Below, piece by piece: positions 33,270-44,425 of a stretch of DNA of 52,553 bases. Under the pieces are notes generated by a model. It did no database searches. It was not told the DNA's origin and was given only the letters and a program-made list of their open reading frames with translations. The DNA comes from Candidatus Binatia bacterium. Its GTDB lineage: Bacteria; Desulfobacterota; Binatia; JACPRU01. Every line of letters starts with the position of its first letter. Within the stretch, counting starts at the first letter, position 1. The stretch spans positions 1 through 52,553 of the forward strand of contig JBEVNX010000091.1 of the NCBI GenBank assembly GCA_040507895.1, written 5' to 3'. The position numbers and the translations under genes were made by a program.

Positions 33270-33901
33270 ATGAGCGCATCGACACGGACAGAGTGGCATA
33301 TTTCCGGCGAGTCGGTCGTGACTTGCAACTGCGCCTGGGGTTGCCCCTGTCAGTTCAACGCGGCGCCGACCTCCGGTCGTTGCCAGGGTCTGGCCGTCCA
33401 CGAGATCCGCGACGGTCACTTCGGATCGACGCCGCTCGCCGGCCGTCGGTTCGCTCAGATCGTGTCGTGGCCGGGGCGAATCGACCAGGGAGACGGCACG
33501 CGGCTGCTGGTGATCGACGAGCGCGGCTCGAAAGACCAGCGCGAGGCGCTCGGCGCCTGCTAGCCGGTAAGCACGGCGGGGCGTACTTCGAGATCTTCGC
33601 CGCCGTTTGTCCGAACACGTCCGCGCCGGTCTTCAAGGCGATCGAGCTCAAGACCGATCGGCAGCACCGCACGGCGGCGGTGCGTATCGCCGACGTCGCG
33701 GAGTGCATCGCCGAGCCGATCCGCAATCCGGTCGATGGGCAGGAGCATCACGCACGGATCGTCCTGCCGAACGGCTTCGAGTACGTGGAGGCCGAGATGG
33801 CCAATGCCGTGCGGCTCTTCGCGCAGGCCGGGGGCGAGCTCGAATTTCAGTACCACGACACGTACGCGCAACTGAATTCCTTCTACTGGACGAACGGCTA
33901 G
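33270..33901 (+). pseudogene. DUF1326-family gene interrupted by a 1-nt frameshift
   Basis: Frame A (33270..33563) gives MSASTRTEWHISGESVVTCNCAWGCPCQF...LVIDERGSKDQREALGAC*. The family-like sequence then continues in another frame (ORF 33293..33901) as LLAGKHGGAYFEIFAAV...ELEFQYHDTYAQLNSFYWTNG*. The junction is at about 33555-33560. GAGGAG lies upstream of 33270. Confidence 0.8.
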
Positions 33902-33986
33902 CGGTCGATCCCTTCTGGCCCGCTGGACGACACCGGCACCGCGAGGGACCCTTACCCTGCCTCGCGCGACGCGCTAGTAGTCGCCC

Positions 33987-35387
33987 ATGGCGAACGCGAG
34001 TCGTCACGACCTGGTGGTCATCGGAGCCGGCCCGGGCGGCTACGTAGCCGCGATCCGGGCCGCGCAGCTCGGCTTGAACGTCGCCTGTGTCGAGAAGGAA
34101 GCGGCGCTCGGCGGCACCTGCCTGCGCATCGGGTGCATTCCTTCGAAGGCGCTGCTCGATTCGAGTGAGCTCTTCGAGAAGGCGAAAGATGGCCTCGACG
34201 CTCACGGTGTGAAGGTCTCGGGCGTCGAGCTCGACCTCGTATCCATGATGCGGCGGAAGGACAAGGTCGTGAAGGGGCTCACCGCCGGTGTCGCCTCGCT
34301 CTTCAAGAAGAACGGCGTCACCCACGTGCGCGGCGCCGCCCGCCTCGTCGCCCCGGGCACGGTCTCGGTGGTCGGGGCGGACGAAGGCACGCTCAGCGCC
34401 AAGCACGTGCTCATTGCGACCGGCTCGGAGCCCGCGCCACTTCCGGGCGTGGAGTTCGATGGGCGATTCATCGTCAGCTCGGAAGAGGCGCTCGCGTTCG
34501 CGGAAGTGCCCCGGACGCTCTTGGTCGTTGGCGCGGGAGCGATCGGCCTCGAGCTCGGATCGGTATGGGCGCGGCTCGGCTCGAAGGTGAAGGTCGTCGA
34601 GTTCATGGACCGCATTGTCCCGCTGATGGACAAGGAGCTCGGCGCGGCGCTCAAGAAGATTCTCGAGAAGCAAGGCCTGTCGTTCCAGCTGTCCACGATC
34701 GCCAAGAGCGCGAGTGTTGCGGGCAGCGAGGTGCGCGTGACCTTCGAAGCCGCCGGCAAGACCTCGACCGAAAGCTTCGACAAGGTGCTCGTCGCGATCG
34801 GCCGCCGACCGTACACGATGGGCCTTGGCTTAGAGGATGTCGGGTTGACGCCGGATGCGAAGGGCCGCATCGACGTCGACGAGCATTTCGCGACGTCCGT
34901 GGCCGGCATCTACGCGATCGGCGACGTCATTCGCGGCCCGATGCTCGCGCACAAAGCGGAGGAAGAAGGCGTGGCGTGCGTCGAGACGCTCGCCGGACTC
35001 GCCGGCCATGTGAACTACGAAGCGGTCCCGAACGTCGTATACACCTGGCCGGAGCTCGCCTCGGTCGGAAGGACCGAAGAGGAGTGTTCCGAGCAGAAGC
35101 GAGAGGTCCGGATCGGCAAGTTCCCGTTCTTCGCCAACGGCCGCGCGCGGGCGATGGAGGAGCGGGACGGGCTGGTCAAGATCATCGCCGACGCCAAGAG
35201 CGACCGGTTGCTCGGCGTTCACATCCTCGGTCCGCGGGCGTCCGACCTGATCGCGGAAGCCGCGCTGGCGATGGAGTTCGGGTCGAGTGCCGAGGATCTC
35301 GCCCGTACTTGCCACGCGCACCCCACGTTGCCGGAGGCGGTCAAAGAGGCCGCGCTCGCCGTGGCCGGACGCAGCATCCACATCTGA
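33987..35387 (+). CDS. lpdA: Dihydrolipoyl dehydrogenase (E3)
   Basis: 466 aa. Contains DLVVIGAGPGGYVAAIRAAQLG and the redox-active disulfide GGTCLRIGCIPSK. The C-terminal interface domain ends in HAHPTLPEA. Confidence 0.97.
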   Translation: MANASRHDLVVIGAGPGGYVAAIRAAQLGLNVACVEKEAALGGTCLRIGCIPSKALLDSSELFEKAKDGLDAHGVKVSGVELDLVSMMRRKDKVVKGLTAGVASLFKKNGVTHVRGAARLVAPGTVSVVGADEGTLSAKHVLIATGSEPAPLPGVEFDGRFIVSSEEALAFAEVPRTLLVVGAGAIGLELGSVWARLGSKVKVVEFMDRIVPLMDKELGAALKKILEKQGLSFQLSTIAKSASVAGSEVRVTFEAAGKTSTESFDKVLVAIGRRPYTMGLGLEDVGLTPDAKGRIDVDEHFATSVAGIYAIGDVIRGPMLAHKAEEEGVACVETLAGLAGHVNYEAVPNVVYTWPELASVGRTEEECSEQKREVRIGKFPFFANGRARAMEERDGLVKIIADAKSDRLLGVHILGPRASDLIAEAALAMEFGSSAEDLARTCHAHPTLPEAVKEAALAVAGRSIHI

Positions 35388-35595
35388 AGAGCGATGCGAC
35401 CGCTTCGACCAGCTACGTGGAGCCGCTCGGCTGATCACCAATTCTCCGGACAACCAGCCGAGAGCAACCCAGGAGCAACCAGTCAGCCGATGAACGGGGA
35501 GATGTCGCGCGAGCCCTAGGACCCATCCGACGCCTTGAACCGGATCGCACGGGACTCACCAAAAACTGAGGTTTTCGGGTTGAGACGGGGTCGGG

Positions 35596-36567
35596 TCACC
35601 AGGCGTACGCTTCGGGCGCTTCGCCGCCCGGCCCCGGCCAGATCTCGTCGAGCTCGGCGAGCGTCTCCTTCGACAGCGCGACGTCGAGCGCCCGTAGCGA
35701 CCCCTCGAGCTGAGCAACCGTTCGCGGCCCGACGATCGGCGAGGTGATCGCGGGGTTGGCGAGCGTCCACGCGAGCGCCACGTCCGCGGGGTCGTGGCCG
35801 AGCGCGCCGCAGAGCGCTTCCCACCTCTCGAGCTGGGCGCGCTTCTCTTCGCTGCGCTTCTGGATGCGGTCAGAAGCGCGCCGGCCCTCGCGCGCCTTGC
35901 GCAGCACGCCGCCGAGGAGGCCGCCTGCGAGCGGGCTCCACGGCAGCACGGCGACGCCGTGCGCGCGACAGGCGGGCAGCACCTCGAGCTCGACCGCGCG
36001 CGCCGTGAGGTTGTAGAGGCTCTGCTCGGAGACGATGCCGAAGGCGCCTCGGCGCTCGGCGACGGCGTTAGCGTCGACCACGTGCCAGGCCGCGAAGTTG
36101 CTGCTTCCGACGTAGATGATCTTCCCTTGCGCGACGAGCCGGTCCATCGCCTGCCAGATCTCGTCCCAAGGCGTATCCCGGTCGACGTGATGCATCTGGT
36201 AGAGGTCGATATGATCGGTGCGGAGCCTGTGCAGGCTCTCCTCGCAGGCGCGGCGAATGTGCGCCGCCGAGAGGCGTGCGTCGTTCGGCCCAGGCCCCAT
36301 GCGCCCGTAGACCTTGGTGGCGAGCACGATGCGTTCGCGCCGTCCGCTCCCCTGCGCGAGCCAGCGGCCGACGATCTGCTCGGTCACGCCTTCGCCGATC
36401 TTCCACCCGTAGACGTTGGCGCTGTCGAAGAAGTTGATGCCGAGCTCGAGCGCGCGATCCATGATCGCGAAGCTCTCCCGCTCCGTGGCCTCCGGCCCGA
36501 AGTTCATGGTGCCGAGGCAGAGGCGGCTCACCCTCAGCCCCGCGCGTCCGAGCTTCACGTACCGCAT
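35596..36567 (-). CDS. Aldo/keto reductase
   Basis: An internal ATG at 36567 preceded by GAGGAG gives MRYVKLGRAGLRVSRLCLGTMNFG...FFDSANVYG...DLYQMHHVD. The longer ORF start at 36630 adds non-homologous residues. Confidence 0.9.
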   Translation of the reverse strand: MRYVKLGRAGLRVSRLCLGTMNFGPEATERESFAIMDRALELGINFFDSANVYGWKIGEGVTEQIVGRWLAQGSGRRERIVLATKVYGRMGPGPNDARLSAAHIRRACEESLHRLRTDHIDLYQMHHVDRDTPWDEIWQAMDRLVAQGKIIYVGSSNFAAWHVVDANAVAERRGAFGIVSEQSLYNLTARAVELEVLPACRAHGVAVLPWSPLAGGLLGGVLRKAREGRRASDRIQKRSEEKRAQLERWEALCGALGHDPADVALAWTLANPAITSPIVGPRTVAQLEGSLRALDVALSKETLAELDEIWPGPGGEAPEAYAW

Positions 36568-36577
36568 GCCGGTCTCC

Positions 36578-37315
36578 TCACCAGTCGATGCGCTTGCGAT
36601 CCAGGAAGAGCTGCCCCGACGGTCCTCCATCGGGCAAGGTGGCCAGCCAGACCGGAGTGTCCGCGCCCTCTTCCACCGAGCGCGGCGCGCCGTCGCCGCC
36701 CATGCGAGTGCGCACCCAGCCCGGACTGACGGCGTTGACCAGCACGTTCTCTCCGCGAAGCTCCGAAGCGAGCAGCATCGTCAGCGTGTTGAGCGCGGTC
36801 TTGGAGAGACGATACGCGGGCCAGCCGCCCCCGCTGCCAGCGACGTCGGCGAGCGTGCCCATCGAGCTCGAAACGTTGACGATCCGGCCGTAGCGCTGCC
36901 GCCGCATGAGCGGGAGGACGGCCTGGCTCACTCGCCACGCGCCGATCAGATTGATCTCCAGGGTCTTCCGCACGTCATCGAGCGGAATCTGCGCCGCCGT
37001 CTGACCGGTGTCGACCAGCACGCCCGCGTTGTTGACCAGCACGTCGATCCGTCCGAACCGCGCGCTCACGGCCCGGATCGCTTGTTCGACGCTCGCGGCG
37101 TCGGCTACGTCGATCGCCTCGGCGACCACCGATCCCTCCGCGGCGAGCTCTCCGACGGCGCGGTCGCCCTCGCGAGCCTCGCGCGCACCGACCACGATGC
37201 GGAGGCCCCGGTGCGCGAGCTGCCGGGCGATCTCGAAGCCGATGCCCCGATTCGCACCGGTGATCAAGGCTACCCGACCAGGACTCGTGTCCGAAGGTTT
37301 CTTCTCTTGGCTCAC
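36578..37315 (-). CDS. Short-chain dehydrogenase/reductase (carbonyl-reductase-like)
   Basis: Contains [19 protein letters not shown] (TGxxxGIG), NNAG and YRLSK (YxxxK). I chose the GTG at 37315 because the ORF's upstream 29 codons overlap the acnA start region and look non-protein-like. The start is uncertain. Confidence 0.85.
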   Translation of the reverse strand: MSQEKKPSDTSPGRVALITGANRGIGFEIARQLAHRGLRIVVGAREAREGDRAVGELAAEGSVVAEAIDVADAASVEQAIRAVSARFGRIDVLVNNAGVLVDTGQTAAQIPLDDVRKTLEINLIGAWRVSQAVLPLMRRQRYGRIVNVSSSMGTLADVAGSGGGWPAYRLSKTALNTLTMLLASELRGENVLVNAVSPGWVRTRMGGDGAPRSVEEGADTPVWLATLPDGGPSGQLFLDRKRIDW

Positions 37316-37368
37316 GTTTCGTAATACCGTGCTTCGGTGACGGACGGAACACGAGGAGAGTAAGCGCC

Positions 37369-40059
<2,691 letters not shown>

Positions 40060-40155
40060 GACCTGGCCCGCCCACGCGTTTCGGCTGCAATCGTGGGATG
40101 AATGTCGTTGCCGCCAACGGGGCGCGACGTCATCCTAGCGTGGGAGGTCCAAGTG

Positions 40156-40791
40156 ATGGAGAACGACGAGCATCGGCGGCGGACCCTTGGCGTGTTGCTG
40201 TTTCCCGGTTTCGAGCTGCTCGACGTGTTCGGACCTCTCGAAGCGTTCGGCATACGCATCGCAAGAGAGCACTTCGAAACAGTCCTGGTCTCGGAGCAGC
40301 CCGGCCCGGTGGCCAGCGCGCAAGGGCCGAAGGCGCTCGCGGAGGCGGGCCTCGACGACGCGCGCCGTCTCGATCTCATCCTGGTCCCGGGTGGCATCGG
40401 CACGCGCCAGGAGGTCGACAATCGGCGACTGACGACCTGGATCGCGAAGCGCTCCGCCGACGCCGAGCTGGTGATGTCGGTCTGTACCGGCGCCGCCTTG
40501 CTCGCGAAGGCGGGGGTGCTCGACGGGCGGCGCGCGACGAGCAACAAGGCCTCGTTCGCCTGGGTGGTCGCCCAAGGCGAGCACGTTCGATGGGTCAAAC
40601 AGGCGCGCTGGGTGGAGGACGGCAGGTTCTGGACGTCGTCAGGCGTGTCGGCCGGCATCGACATGGCGCTCGCGGTGATCACCCGGCTCACCCGACTCGA
40701 GCTCGCCGAAGCGATCGCCGTGCTGATGGAATACGAATGGCACCGCGACGCGGGGCACGACCCGTTCGCCGCGATCCACAAGCTCGTGTGA
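40156..40791 (+). CDS. DJ-1/PfpI family protein
   Basis: The ATG at 40156 is preceded by GGGAGG. Contains LGVLLFPGFELLDVFGP, LILVPGGIG and the nucleophile elbow SVCTGAALLAKAG. Confidence 0.88.
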   Translation: MENDEHRRRTLGVLLFPGFELLDVFGPLEAFGIRIAREHFETVLVSEQPGPVASAQGPKALAEAGLDDARRLDLILVPGGIGTRQEVDNRRLTTWIAKRSADAELVMSVCTGAALLAKAGVLDGRRATSNKASFAWVVAQGEHVRWVKQARWVEDGRFWTSSGVSAGIDMALAVITRLTRLELAEAIAVLMEYEWHRDAGHDPFAAIHKLV

Positions 40792-40807
40792 GCGCCGAAC
40801 GAATCAC

Positions 40808-41551
40808 CTAGCCGAGCGCCTGGGTGAGCAGCGCCTCCACGTCGGGGAACAGCGCGCGATAGTCGTCGCGGCTTCGACGGATCACTTCGTGCGCTTCCTC
40901 GCGGTCGTACACGTGGGTGATCTCGACCTGGCGCTCGAGCGCGTCGGGTCCGCTCTTGTAGGTGAGGAAATAATGCCTCAGCCGGTCGATGAGCGAGCGC
41001 GGGCACTGATGGATGTCGCGCCAGGTGCCGTAGCTGGCATCGCCCTCGAGCACGGCGATGATCTTGTCGTCGGCCTCGCCGCGATCGATCATGCGTAGAC
41101 CGCCGATGGGCCGCGCCTCGAGGAGGATGTCGCCGCGGGGGATCGATTTCTCGCTCAGCACGCAAATGTCGAGCGGATCGCCGTCGCCGACGATGCCCGA
41201 TCTGCCGGTACGGCGTGCGGTGAGCTCGCCGTTGCGCTCGCCGCAATGGGTCTGCGGAACGAAGCCGTAGAGCGCGGGGCAGACGTTGGAGAATCGTTGC
41301 GGTCGGTCCACGTGCAAATAGCCGGTCTCCTTGTCGAGCTCGTACTTCACGGTGTCGGTCGGTACGATCTCGACGTATACGGTGACCACTTCGGGCGCTT
41401 GCGCGCCGATCGGTGCGCCATGCCAGGGATGCGAGCGGAAGAGCCGCTGCATGAGCTTCCACGTGGCAGGCGGAATCACCACGCCCGCCGTCGGCGCAGC
41501 GGCGCGGCGCGCCCCGGCTCCCCGCGACTCGCGCCGCTTCGCTGCGCTCAT
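40808..41551 (-). CDS. ppa: Inorganic pyrophosphatase (family I) with an Arg/Ala-rich N-terminal extension
   Basis: 247 aa. Contains HPWHG, YVEIVPTDTVKYELDKETG and GDGDPLDICVL. The ATG at 41551 has GAGAAGGA upstream. An alternative start is ATG 41452 (MQRLFRSHPWHG). Confidence 0.9.
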   Translation of the reverse strand: MSAAKRRESRGAGARRAAAPTAGVVIPPATWKLMQRLFRSHPWHGAPIGAQAPEVVTVYVEIVPTDTVKYELDKETGYLHVDRPQRFSNVCPALYGFVPQTHCGERNGELTARRTGRSGIVGDGDPLDICVLSEKSIPRGDILLEARPIGGLRMIDRGEADDKIIAVLEGDASYGTWRDIHQCPRSLIDRLRHYFLTYKSGPDALERQVEITHVYDREEAHEVIRRSRDDYRALFPDVEALLTQALG

Positions 41552-41564
41552 GTCCTTCTCTCGA

Positions 41565-42725
41565 TCACGCTCGCTGCGCGTTCAGTGCGATCGCTTCGAG
41601 CAGCACTTCGGCGGCGAGAACCATGTCCTTCACGTCGAGCCACTCCTTGACGGTGTGGATGTCGCGCATGCCCGTGCCGAGATTGGCGACCTCGAAACCA
41701 CGGCGATTCAGGATGTTGGCGTCGCAGCCGCCGCCCATGCCGGTGACGGTCACCTGGCTCTTCAGGCGCTCGCCCGCGGCCACGATGAGGCGCACGATCG
41801 ACGAGGCGTCGGGGAGGTTCATGGCCTCGTACTCGCGGATCGCCTCGAACTCGACGCGCGCGCGAACGGTCCGGCTCCCGGCCGTGACGCTGTGGTGCGC
41901 CGCCGCGTCCTCGAAGCATGCGCGCATGTGGTCGGTCTGCGCGGTGAGCTTCGCCTCGCTGTGGCTGCGCGCCTCGCCGCGGATCTCGACCAGGTTGGGT
42001 ATGATGTTCACGGCCGCGCCGCCGCGGACGATGCCGAGGTTCGCCGTGGTCTCATCGTCGATGCGGCCGAGCCGCATGCGTGCGATCGCCTCGGCGGCGA
42101 TCTGGATGGCGTTCATGCCTTTCTCGGGCGCCATGCCGGCGTGCGCCTCGAGGCCGTGGACGCGCACGTGGATCGCGTTCGCTCCAGGCGCGCGCGTGAA
42201 CAGGAAGCCGGGAGAGTCGCTGTCGAGCACCACGCCGCTGCGTGCGCGCAGCGGCCCGATGTCGAGGTGCTTGGCGCCGAGGAGTCCCTTCTCCTCGCAG
42301 ATCGTGAACACGACGTCGATCGGGCCGTGCGGGATGGCGCGGTCGCGGAGCACCCGCAGCACCTCGCAGATGATCGCCACGCCGCTCTTGTCGTCGCCGC
42401 CGAGGACGGTGCTGCCGTCGCTGCGGATGACGTCGCCGTCGACGACGGGATTGACGCCCTCGCCGGGAACGACCGTGTCCATGTGCGCCGCGATCAGCAG
42501 CGCCGGAGCCTTCGGCGCCGTCGCGGGAAACAGCGCGATCAGGTTGCCCGTGTCGCCGCCGACCCTCTCGCCGGCGTCGTCCAAGAGCACGCGCTCGGCG
42601 CCGAGGTCGCGCATCTCTCGCTCGAGCCGGAGCGCGACGTTGCGCTCCTTGCGCGAGTGACTGTCGATCCGCACCAGCTCGAGCAGCAGGTCACGGATCC
42701 GTGCTTTGTCGACGCGCGCTACCAA
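41565..42725 (-). CDS. M20-family metallopeptidase (peptidase T-like)
   Basis: 386 aa. Contains LLIAAHMDTVVPG, VLGGDDKSGVA and FTICEEKGLLGAKH. The TTG start directly abuts the upstream stop (TGATTG). Confidence 0.85.
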   Translation of the reverse strand: MVARVDKARIRDLLLELVRIDSHSRKERNVALRLEREMRDLGAERVLLDDAGERVGGDTGNLIALFPATAPKAPALLIAAHMDTVVPGEGVNPVVDGDVIRSDGSTVLGGDDKSGVAIICEVLRVLRDRAIPHGPIDVVFTICEEKGLLGAKHLDIGPLRARSGVVLDSDSPGFLFTRAPGANAIHVRVHGLEAHAGMAPEKGMNAIQIAAEAIARMRLGRIDDETTANLGIVRGGAAVNIIPNLVEIRGEARSHSEAKLTAQTDHMRACFEDAAAHHSVTAGSRTVRARVEFEAIREYEAMNLPDASSIVRLIVAAGERLKSQVTVTGMGGGCDANILNRRGFEVANLGTGMRDIHTVKEWLDVKDMVLAAEVLLEAIALNAQRA

Positions 42726-43481
42726 TCAGTTCTCCTCCGCCTCCACATCGCCGAGCACGGGACGAACGGCGACGACGAAGCTGTTGCGACCTGTCGCCCA
42801 TTCACCGCCGATCGGGATGCGCAGCTCATGTCGATCGCCCGGGGCGAAAGGGTCGCGGACCCGACGGCGATACACGCGCAAGGCCTTCGATTTCTCCGGC
42901 CCGAGCACGGTGACCGTCGCCCTCACGGCCGGGATGTGAAAGGTCGAGCGGTTCTCGACGAGCGCAACGACGGCCGGTTGCTCGCTGCCGAAATCCGTGG
43001 AGATCTTCAGAACCTCGAACGGTTCCCCAGTCTCGAAGCGAAAGGTCTGATACACCCAGGCCTCGTCGCCCGGCGCAACGGCGACCTTTCGCAGGGCTCC
43101 GCTTACCTTGGCGCCGAGCTGTTCGTTCAGCTCCGAATAGACGCGAGTCACGCTCGCGACCTTGCCTTCGCGGTTGATGCCGATCCGCACCTGGAGGCGC
43201 CCCTCGGCCAGTGCCGAGTTGCGTAGCGAGATGTCGTCGGTCAGCTCATTCTGGTAGGCGACGAGCACCTTGGCCTCCGCGGCACGGAACTTCTCGCCGA
43301 TCTCCGTGGCCCGTGCTTCGGAGAGCGAGCTCGGATAGATGACGATCGCGCCCGGCTTTGGATCGGGCGGCGGAGGGACTTGCAGCGCCACGGGAGTCCT
43401 CGGTGGCGGGCTGCTCATGTTCATGCACGCCACCAGCGTCACTACGGGAAGCCACCAACTTCGACGCGCGAGCACGTTCAT
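42726..43481 (-). CDS. Hypothetical lipoprotein
   Basis: An internal ATG gives MNVLARRSWWLPVVTLVAC, which is a lipobox, followed by a Pro-rich linker and then a beta-rich body. I recognise no family with confidence. Confidence 0.7.
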   Translation of the reverse strand: MNVLARRSWWLPVVTLVACMNMSSPPPRTPVALQVPPPPDPKPGAIVIYPSSLSEARATEIGEKFRAAEAKVLVAYQNELTDDISLRNSALAEGRLQVRIGINREGKVASVTRVYSELNEQLGAKVSGALRKVAVAPGDEAWVYQTFRFETGEPFEVLKISTDFGSEQPAVVALVENRSTFHIPAVRATVTVLGPEKSKALRVYRRRVRDPFAPGDRHELRIPIGGEWATGRNSFVVAVRPVLGDVEAEEN

Positions 43482-43524
43482 CGAGCCTCGGGATAGTCGA
43501 GGGGTCGACACGCGTCAAACTCGG

Positions 43525-44406
43525 TCAGCGCTTGAGATGCTCGTCGAACCACTCGATGGCGAGCCGGGCCGATTTCTCCACCCAGGGCGGCGTATAGATC
43601 TCGTAGTGCGTGATCGGCAGTCCGATCAGCTTCTTCGGTTGGCGGGCGCGCTCGTAGAGCTCGCGATAGCCTTCGAACTTGCAGAGGTCGTCTTTCTCGG
43701 CTCCGATCAGCAGGAGGGCGCGCGGTGCGATACGGTCGACCACGTCGATCGGCCGATACTCCATCGTCTTCTCGGCCGACGCCCACGGGATCTCACAATG
43801 GAGCTGCGGGACGGCCTTGAGGGCTTCCACGAAGAACGCGCGGGTCTGCGGGCTGGCGAGCAGCACGTCGCAGGTCGCGGCGTCGCCCGTGCCGGTGAGC
43901 ACGCGCTTGCGGCGGTCGTCGGCGAGGAGCTTCTCGAGGGCGCGACGCTCCTCGGCGGTGCGGATCTCCAGAATCAGCCGGCGACCGTCGCCGTAGCCGA
44001 CCTGGCCGACCGCGGCCTTCACGCGCTCGTCCACGCCGGCCACGTAGGGCGCGTGGGCGCCACCGTTGCTGGTGCCCCAAGCGCCGATGCGCTGGGCATC
44101 GACCTCCGGCTGCGCTTCGAGCCAGGTGATCGCATTGCGGATGTCGTCGATCTGCTCGAGCGCCATGATGCGCCACTTCGGTCCCTCGCTGCCGCCGAAG
44201 CCGCGATAGTCGAACGACAGCACGACATAGCCGGCCCCGGCGAAGAGCTTCGCGTAGTCGGGGAGAATCAAGTTACGGATGCCGCTGTACCCGTGGCAGA
44301 GGACGATCCCGGGCCGGGGCTCGCCGGCTCGCAAGTCGCCCGGAAGGAAGTAGTCGCCTTCGAGCCGCGAGCCTTCGCTGTAGAAGTGAACGACGCGTGT
44401 CTGCAT
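43525..44406 (-). CDS. Alpha/beta hydrolase (dienelactone-hydrolase/S9-like)
   Basis: 293 aa. Contains IVLCHGYSG, the nucleophile elbow GTSNGG and a C-terminal His context PITHYEIY. GAGGAA lies upstream of the ATG. Confidence 0.85.
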   Translation of the reverse strand: MQTRVVHFYSEGSRLEGDYFLPGDLRAGEPRPGIVLCHGYSGIRNLILPDYAKLFAGAGYVVLSFDYRGFGGSEGPKWRIMALEQIDDIRNAITWLEAQPEVDAQRIGAWGTSNGGAHAPYVAGVDERVKAAVGQVGYGDGRRLILEIRTAEERRALEKLLADDRRKRVLTGTGDAATCDVLLASPQTRAFFVEALKAVPQLHCEIPWASAEKTMEYRPIDVVDRIAPRALLLIGAEKDDLCKFEGYRELYERARQPKKLIGLPITHYEIYTPPWVEKSARLAIEWFDEHLKR

Positions 44407-44425
44407 AAAGGTTTCCTCGTCGTGT

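Noticed and set aside
33293-33560. ORF 33293..33901, considered as an independent 202-aa gene.
   Set aside because: Its first ~90 residues are an out-of-frame reading of the DUF1326 N-terminal half. Only the part after ~33557 is family-like, so it is treated as the downstream half of a frameshifted gene.
35558-35580. Hairpin ACCAAAAAC-TGAG-GTTTTCGGGT between the convergent lpdA and AKR genes, considered as a bidirectional terminator.
   Set aside because: The stem is short, A/T-rich and interrupted, and there is no separate U-tract. Too weak to call.
40086-40098. A 13-nt identity (TGCAATCGTGGGA) between the acnA/DJ-1 spacer and the core of the pilA sigma-54 promoter.
   Set aside because: The copy at 40086-40098 has TCA where the -24 TGG should be. 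A single 13-mer recurrence within ~10^5 nt of two-strand sequence is expected by chance.
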